NCBI RefSeq assembly: GCF_009914755.1
Contig: NC_060940.1
Direction: 5' to 3' (one strand)
Length of the DNA stretch: 64,000 nt
Source of the DNA: the human T2T-CHM13v2.0 reference genome, Homo sapiens
The notes below the pieces were generated by a model, which did no database searches, was not told the DNA's origin, and worked only from the letters and a program-made list of their open reading frames with translations. This document shows, piece by piece, positions 59,001 through 64,000 of this stretch. The position numbers were made by a program, and so were the translations under genes. Every line of letters begins with the position of its first letter. The first letter of the stretch is position 1.

Positions 59001-59936
59001 CATTCGATGATTCCATTCAATTCCATTCGATGATGATTCCATTCCAGTCCATATGATCATTCCATTTGATTTCATTCGATGATGATTCCATTCGATTCCA
59101 TTCGATGATTCCATTCTATTCCATTCGATGATGATTCCATTCGAGTCCATTCGATGATTCCATTCGAGTCCATTTAATGATTCCATTGGGTTCAATTCAA
59201 TGATGATTACATTGGATTCCGTTCTATGATTCCATTCAATTCCTTTCATTGACAATTTGATTCCATTCGATGATGATTCAATTTGAGTTCATTCGATGAT
59301 TCTATTCGATTCTCTTCGATGGTGATTCAATTCTATTATATTGGATGATTCCATTCGATTCCATTTGATGTTGATTCAATTCGATTCTATTCGATGATGA
59401 TTCCATTGGATTTCACTTGATGATTCTATTCGATTCCATTCAATGATGATTCACTTCTCGTCCATTGGATGATTCCATTTCATTCCATTCGATGATGATT
59501 TCCTTCGATTCCATGCGACGGTGAGCAATTCGATTCAATTCCATGATGATTCTATTTGATTCAATTAGATGATGTTTCCATTCGAATCCATTCCATGATT
59601 ATTCCATTGGAATCCATTTGGCGATGATTCCATATGAGTCAATTCAATGATGATTCCATATGGGTCCGTTCGATGATAATTCCATTTGATTTCATTCAAT
59701 GCTTCTATTCTATTCCAGTCAATGATGATTCCGTTGGAGTCCATACGATGATTCCATTTGATTTCATTTGATGATGATTCCATTCGATGATGATTACATT
59801 GGATTCCATTCTATGATTCCATTCAATTCCATTCGTTGATGATTCGATTCCATTCAATGATGATTCCATTTGAGTTCATTCGATGATTCTATTTGATTCC
59901 GTTCGATGGTGATTCAATTCTATTATATTGGATGAT
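56001..59936 (+). repeat. 3' part of a type A unit
   Basis: Matches ~2460-6418 at offset ~53,541 (ORFs 2491->56032, 3919->57460, 4642->58183, 5343->58884) and carries the A-type junctions. Confidence 0.87.
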
Positions 59937-62900
59937 TCCACTCGATTCCATTTGATGATTATTCCATTGGAGTCCACTTAGTGAATCCTTTAGATTCTAC
60001 TCGAAGATGATTCCATTCGAGTCCATTCAATGATACCATTCAATTTCATTCGTTGATGCTTCCATTCAAGTGCATTCGATGATATCATTCGATTCCATTT
60101 GATGATAATTCCATTTGATTCCATGCGATGATTCTATTCGATTCCATTCAATGATAATTCCATTCAATTCAGTGATTCCTCTGGACTCCATTTGATGATG
60201 ATACCATTCAATGATTCCATTCGATTCTATTCCAAAATGATTCCATTTGAATCCATTTGATGATGATTCCATTAGATTCCATTTGATGATTCCATTCGAT
60301 TGCATTTGACGATGATTCCATTCGATTCCATTTGATGATTCCATTCTATTCTATTCGATGATGATTCCATTCGATTCCATTTGATGATGATTGGATTCGA
60401 TTCCATTTGATGATTTCATTTGATTCCATTCGTTAATGATTTCGATCAACTCCATTCGATGATTCCATTTGATTCCATTCGATAATGATTACATCCGAGT
60501 CCATTCGATGATTCCATTTGAGCCCGTTCGATAATTCCATTTGAGTCCAATCAATGATTCCATTCATTTCCATTCAATGATTCCATTCGAGTCCATTTGA
60601 TCATTCTGGTAGGGTCCGTTCGATGTTGATTCCATTGGAGTGCATTCGATGATTCCATTCGAGTCCATTTTATGATTTGATTCGAGTCCTTTCGATGATT
60701 CCATTCGATTCCACTCGATGATGATTTCATTCGAGTCCATTCGACACTTCCAATCGATTCCATTTGATGTTTCCATTCGAGTCCAATTGATGATTCCATT
60801 CAATTCCATTCGATGATGATTCCGTACGATTCCATTCTGTGATGATTCCATGTGATTGCATTCAATGATGATTCCTTTCGACTGCATTTGATTATGATTC
60901 ATTTCGTGTTCATTCTATGGTTCCACAGGTTTCCATTCGATGACGTTTCCGTTCGTGTCCATTCCATTATTCCATTCTATTTCATTTGATGATGATTCCA
61001 TTCGATTCCATTCATTGGTGATTCCACTCAATTCCATTCAATGATTCCAGTCCATTTCTTTCAACAATGATTCCATTACTTTCTATTCGATGATCCACTT
61101 GATTCCATTTGGCGATGATTCCATTCGTGTCCATTCGATGATTCCATTTGATTCCATATGATGATGATTCCATTCGATTCCATACCATGATGATTCCATT
61201 CGAGTCCATTCAATGGTGATTCCATTCAATTCCATTTGATGATTCCTTCCGATTCCATTCGATGATGATGGCATTCGATTCCTTTCAATCATTCCCTTTG
61301 ATTCCATTCAAAGGTGATTTCATTCAAGTCCATTCGATAATTGCATTCGATTCCATTCTATGATGATTCCATTCGAGTCCATTTGATGATTCCATTCAAT
61401 TCAAGTCAATGATGATTCCATTTAATTCCACTCGATGATTCCATTGGATTCAATTCGATGATGATTCCATTCAAATCCATTCGATAATTCAATTCAAGTC
61501 CATTCGATGATGATTCCAATCGAATCCATTCAAAGATTCCATTCAATTCCATTCGATGATGATTCCCTTAGATTCCATTCGATGATTCCACTTGATTCCA
61601 TTTACGATGATTCCATTCGATTCCATGTGATGAATCCATTCAATTCTATTCAATGATGTTTCCATTTGATTCCATTGGACCATGATTGCCTTTGATTCCA
61701 TTCAATGATTCCATTCGGTTCCATTTGATGATGATTCCGTTCGATTCCATTTCATTATTCCATTTGATTCCATTGGATGAGTCCATTCGATTACATTCGA
61801 TGATTATTCCATTCGAGTGCATTAGATGATTGCATTCGAGTCCATTCGATGATTCCATTCGATTCCATTCGATGTTGATTCTGTTCAAATCCATTCGATG
61901 ATTCCACTCGATTCCATTCGATGACTCCATTTGATCCCATTCGATGATTTCCTGTGATTCCCTTTGATGATCATTCTATTTGATTCAATTCGGTGATTTC
62001 ATTTCATTCCATTCAGTGATGTTTCCATTCGACTGTATTCGATGATGATTCCATTCGACTCCATTCGATTATGATTTCATTCAATTCCATTCAATAATGA
62101 TTCCCTTCGAGTCAATTCGATGATTCCATTCGATTCCATTCAACGATGATTTGATTCGTTTCCATTCGATGATTCCATTTGATTCCACTTGATGATGATT
62201 CCATTCGAGTCCATTTGATGATTCCATTCGAGTCTATTTATGTATTATATTCGTGTCCACTTCATGATTCCATTCAATTCCATTTAATGTTGATTCCATT
62301 TGATTCCATTTGATGATTCAGTTCGATTCCTTGCAATGATTCCCTACGATTCCTTTCTCTGATGATTCCATTCGATTCCATTCATTGATGATTTCATTCG
62401 ACTCCATTCGATGATGATTCCTTTCGATTCCATTTGACGATGTTTCCATTCGAGTCCATTCGATGATGATTCTATTCAATTCTGTTCTATTATGATTCCA
62501 TTCGATTTCATTCAATGCTTCTATTTGATTCCATTCGATGATGATTCCATCTCTTTCCCTTCGATGATTCCATTTGATTCCATTCAGTGATGATTCCATT
62601 TGATTCCATCTGATGATGATTTCACTTGATTCCTTTCAATGATGATTCAATTCAAGTCCATTCGATGATTCCATTGGAGTCCAAACGATCATTCCGTTCG
62701 ATTCCATTCAATGGTGATTCCATTCATGTCCATTCGATGAATCCATTCAATTCCATTCGATGATGACTCCATTCGAGTACATTCGATGATTCCATTTGAT
62801 TCCATTTGAAGATGATTCCATTCAATTCCATTCGAAGATGATTCCATTCAATTCCATTCGATGATGATTCCGTATGAATCCATTCTCTGATTATTCCATT

Positions 62901-64000
62901 CGATTCCATTCATTGACGATTCCATTCAATTCCATTCAATGATGATTCTCTTCTATTCCATTCGATGATTCCGGTCGATTCCATTCGATGATGATTCCAT
63001 TAGATTCCATTCGATTGTTGCATTCGATTCCCTTCGATGATGATTCCTTTGAATTCCATTCGATTATCATTCCGTATGAATCCATTTGATGATTATTCCA
63101 TTGGATTCCTTTCGATGATGATTCCATTCGATTCCATTTGATGATGTTTCTCTTGTATTCCATTGGATAATTCCTTTCAGTTCCCTTCGATGATTATTCT
63201 TTCGAGTCAATTCGATGATTCTATTCCATTCCCTTCGATGATGATTCCATTTCACTCCATTTGATGATTCCATTCGACTCAATTTGGGGATGATTCAATT
63301 CGATGACATTCGATGACTCCATTCAATTTCATTTGATGATGATTACATTCGAGTCCATTTGATGATTGTATTCCTTTCCTTTTGATGATTATTCCATTCG
63401 TGTCTATTCAAAGGTTCCATTCTATTCCATTCAATGATGATTGCATTTGATTCCATTCAATGATTATGGCTATCGATTCCACTCGTTGATTCCATTTGAT
63501 TCCGTTCGATGATTATTCCGTTAGATTCCATTAGAAGATTCCATTCGATTTTATTCAATGATTCCAATGGATTCCATTCAATGATGATTCCATTCGACTC
63601 CATTCAGTGATTCCATTCGAGTCCATTTGATGATTCCATTCTTTTCCATTTGATGATGATTCCATTAGGGTCCATTCAATGATTCCATTCGAGTCCATTC
63701 GTTAATGCCTTTCGAGTCCTTTTGATCACTACATTCGAGTCCATTCAATGATTCTATTCGATTCCATTCCATGATGATTCCATTCGAGTTCATTCGATGA
63801 TTGCATTCGAGTCCATTTGATGATTCCATATGATTCCATTCGACAATGATTCCATTCGTGTCCATTTGATGATTCCATTCATTTCCTATCGATGAAGATT
63901 CCATTCAAGTGTATTCGATGATTCCATTCAAATCCATTCGATGATGATTCCATTCCAGTCCATTCGATCATTCCACTTGATTCCATTTGATGACTATTCC
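59937..64000 (+). repeat. Type B unit, second copy (runs off window end)
   Basis: Constant offset 53,518 to 6419-10482 (ORFs 7494->61012, 8128->61646, 9206->62724, 9418->62936), with the same junction at ~62228. Confidence 0.9.

Larger units (their letters stand above)
1..64000 (+). repeat. Human satellite II (HSat2/HSATII) pericentromeric tandem array, CATTC strand on +; probably HSat2B subfamily
   Basis: Continuous ATTCCATTCGATTCCATTCGATGATG-type 23/26-bp monomers with GAGTCCATTC variants, dense TCGA (TaqI) and GANTC (HinfI) sites. Long pure (CATTC)n runs typical of HSat3 are absent. The 6,112-bp period fits the ~6.1-kb HSat2B unit known from chr16 heterochromatin. Subfamily and chromosome are inferred, not searched. 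Confidence 0.97.

Noticed and set aside
410-63904. Over 140 short minus-strand ORFs rich in MES/NGII/EWN
   Set aside because: They are translations of (GAATG)n-derived satellite, which supplies an ATG every few bases and few stops. They overlap in several frames, recur with the repeat period and show no domain or gene structure.
1-64000. CRISPR-like or other repeat-spacer system suggested by 23-26-bp repeats
   Set aside because: There are no unique spacers, leader or cas genes. The intervening sequence is itself degenerate monomer.
1-64000. Inversion or embedded Alu/L1/LTR
   Set aside because: CATTC polarity is constant on + throughout. I saw no GAATG-polarity block, poly-A tail or non-satellite stretch.
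1-64000. HSat3 / HSF1-responsive satellite III, or the chr1 1.8-kb HSat2A unit
   Set aside because: Sequence is dominated by CATTCGATGATG/CATTCGAGTC rather than long (CATTC)n runs, and no 1.8-kb period appears in landmark spacing.

Overview
The whole 64 kb is one uninterrupted, single-orientation array of human classical satellite II (HSat2/HSATII). It is built from degenerate CATTC repeats organised as 23/26-bp monomers (ATTCCATTCG-ATTCCATTCG-ATG[ATG]). I see no genes, RNA genes, transposon insertions, CRISPR arrays or inversions. All listed ORFs are translations of the (GAATG)n strand. The informative signal is the higher-order architecture. A once-per-unit landmark (CGGTAGGGTC at 951, 7089, 11219, 16949, 23061, 27124, 39057, 50881, with a C>T variant at 60607) and the offsets between repeated ORFs define three related unit types. 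These are a 6,112-bp unit, matching the ~6.1-kb period known for HSat2B (typically 16q11.2), a ~4.13-kb unit and an ~11.8-kb unit. The 11.8-kb unit contains, collinearly, all the modules of the two shorter units, which look like deletion derivatives of it. About 2.7 copies of the 11.8-kb unit form a ~31.6-kb island (~24355-56000) that appears to be inserted into a single 6.1-kb unit. Local indels are mostly quantised to 23/26/49 bp, copies are mosaics of each other's variants, and DUX4-consensus sites sit at fixed positions in the units. All alignments were done by eye, so breakpoints are approximate. I found no novel coding system; the novelty, if any, is in satellite evolution.
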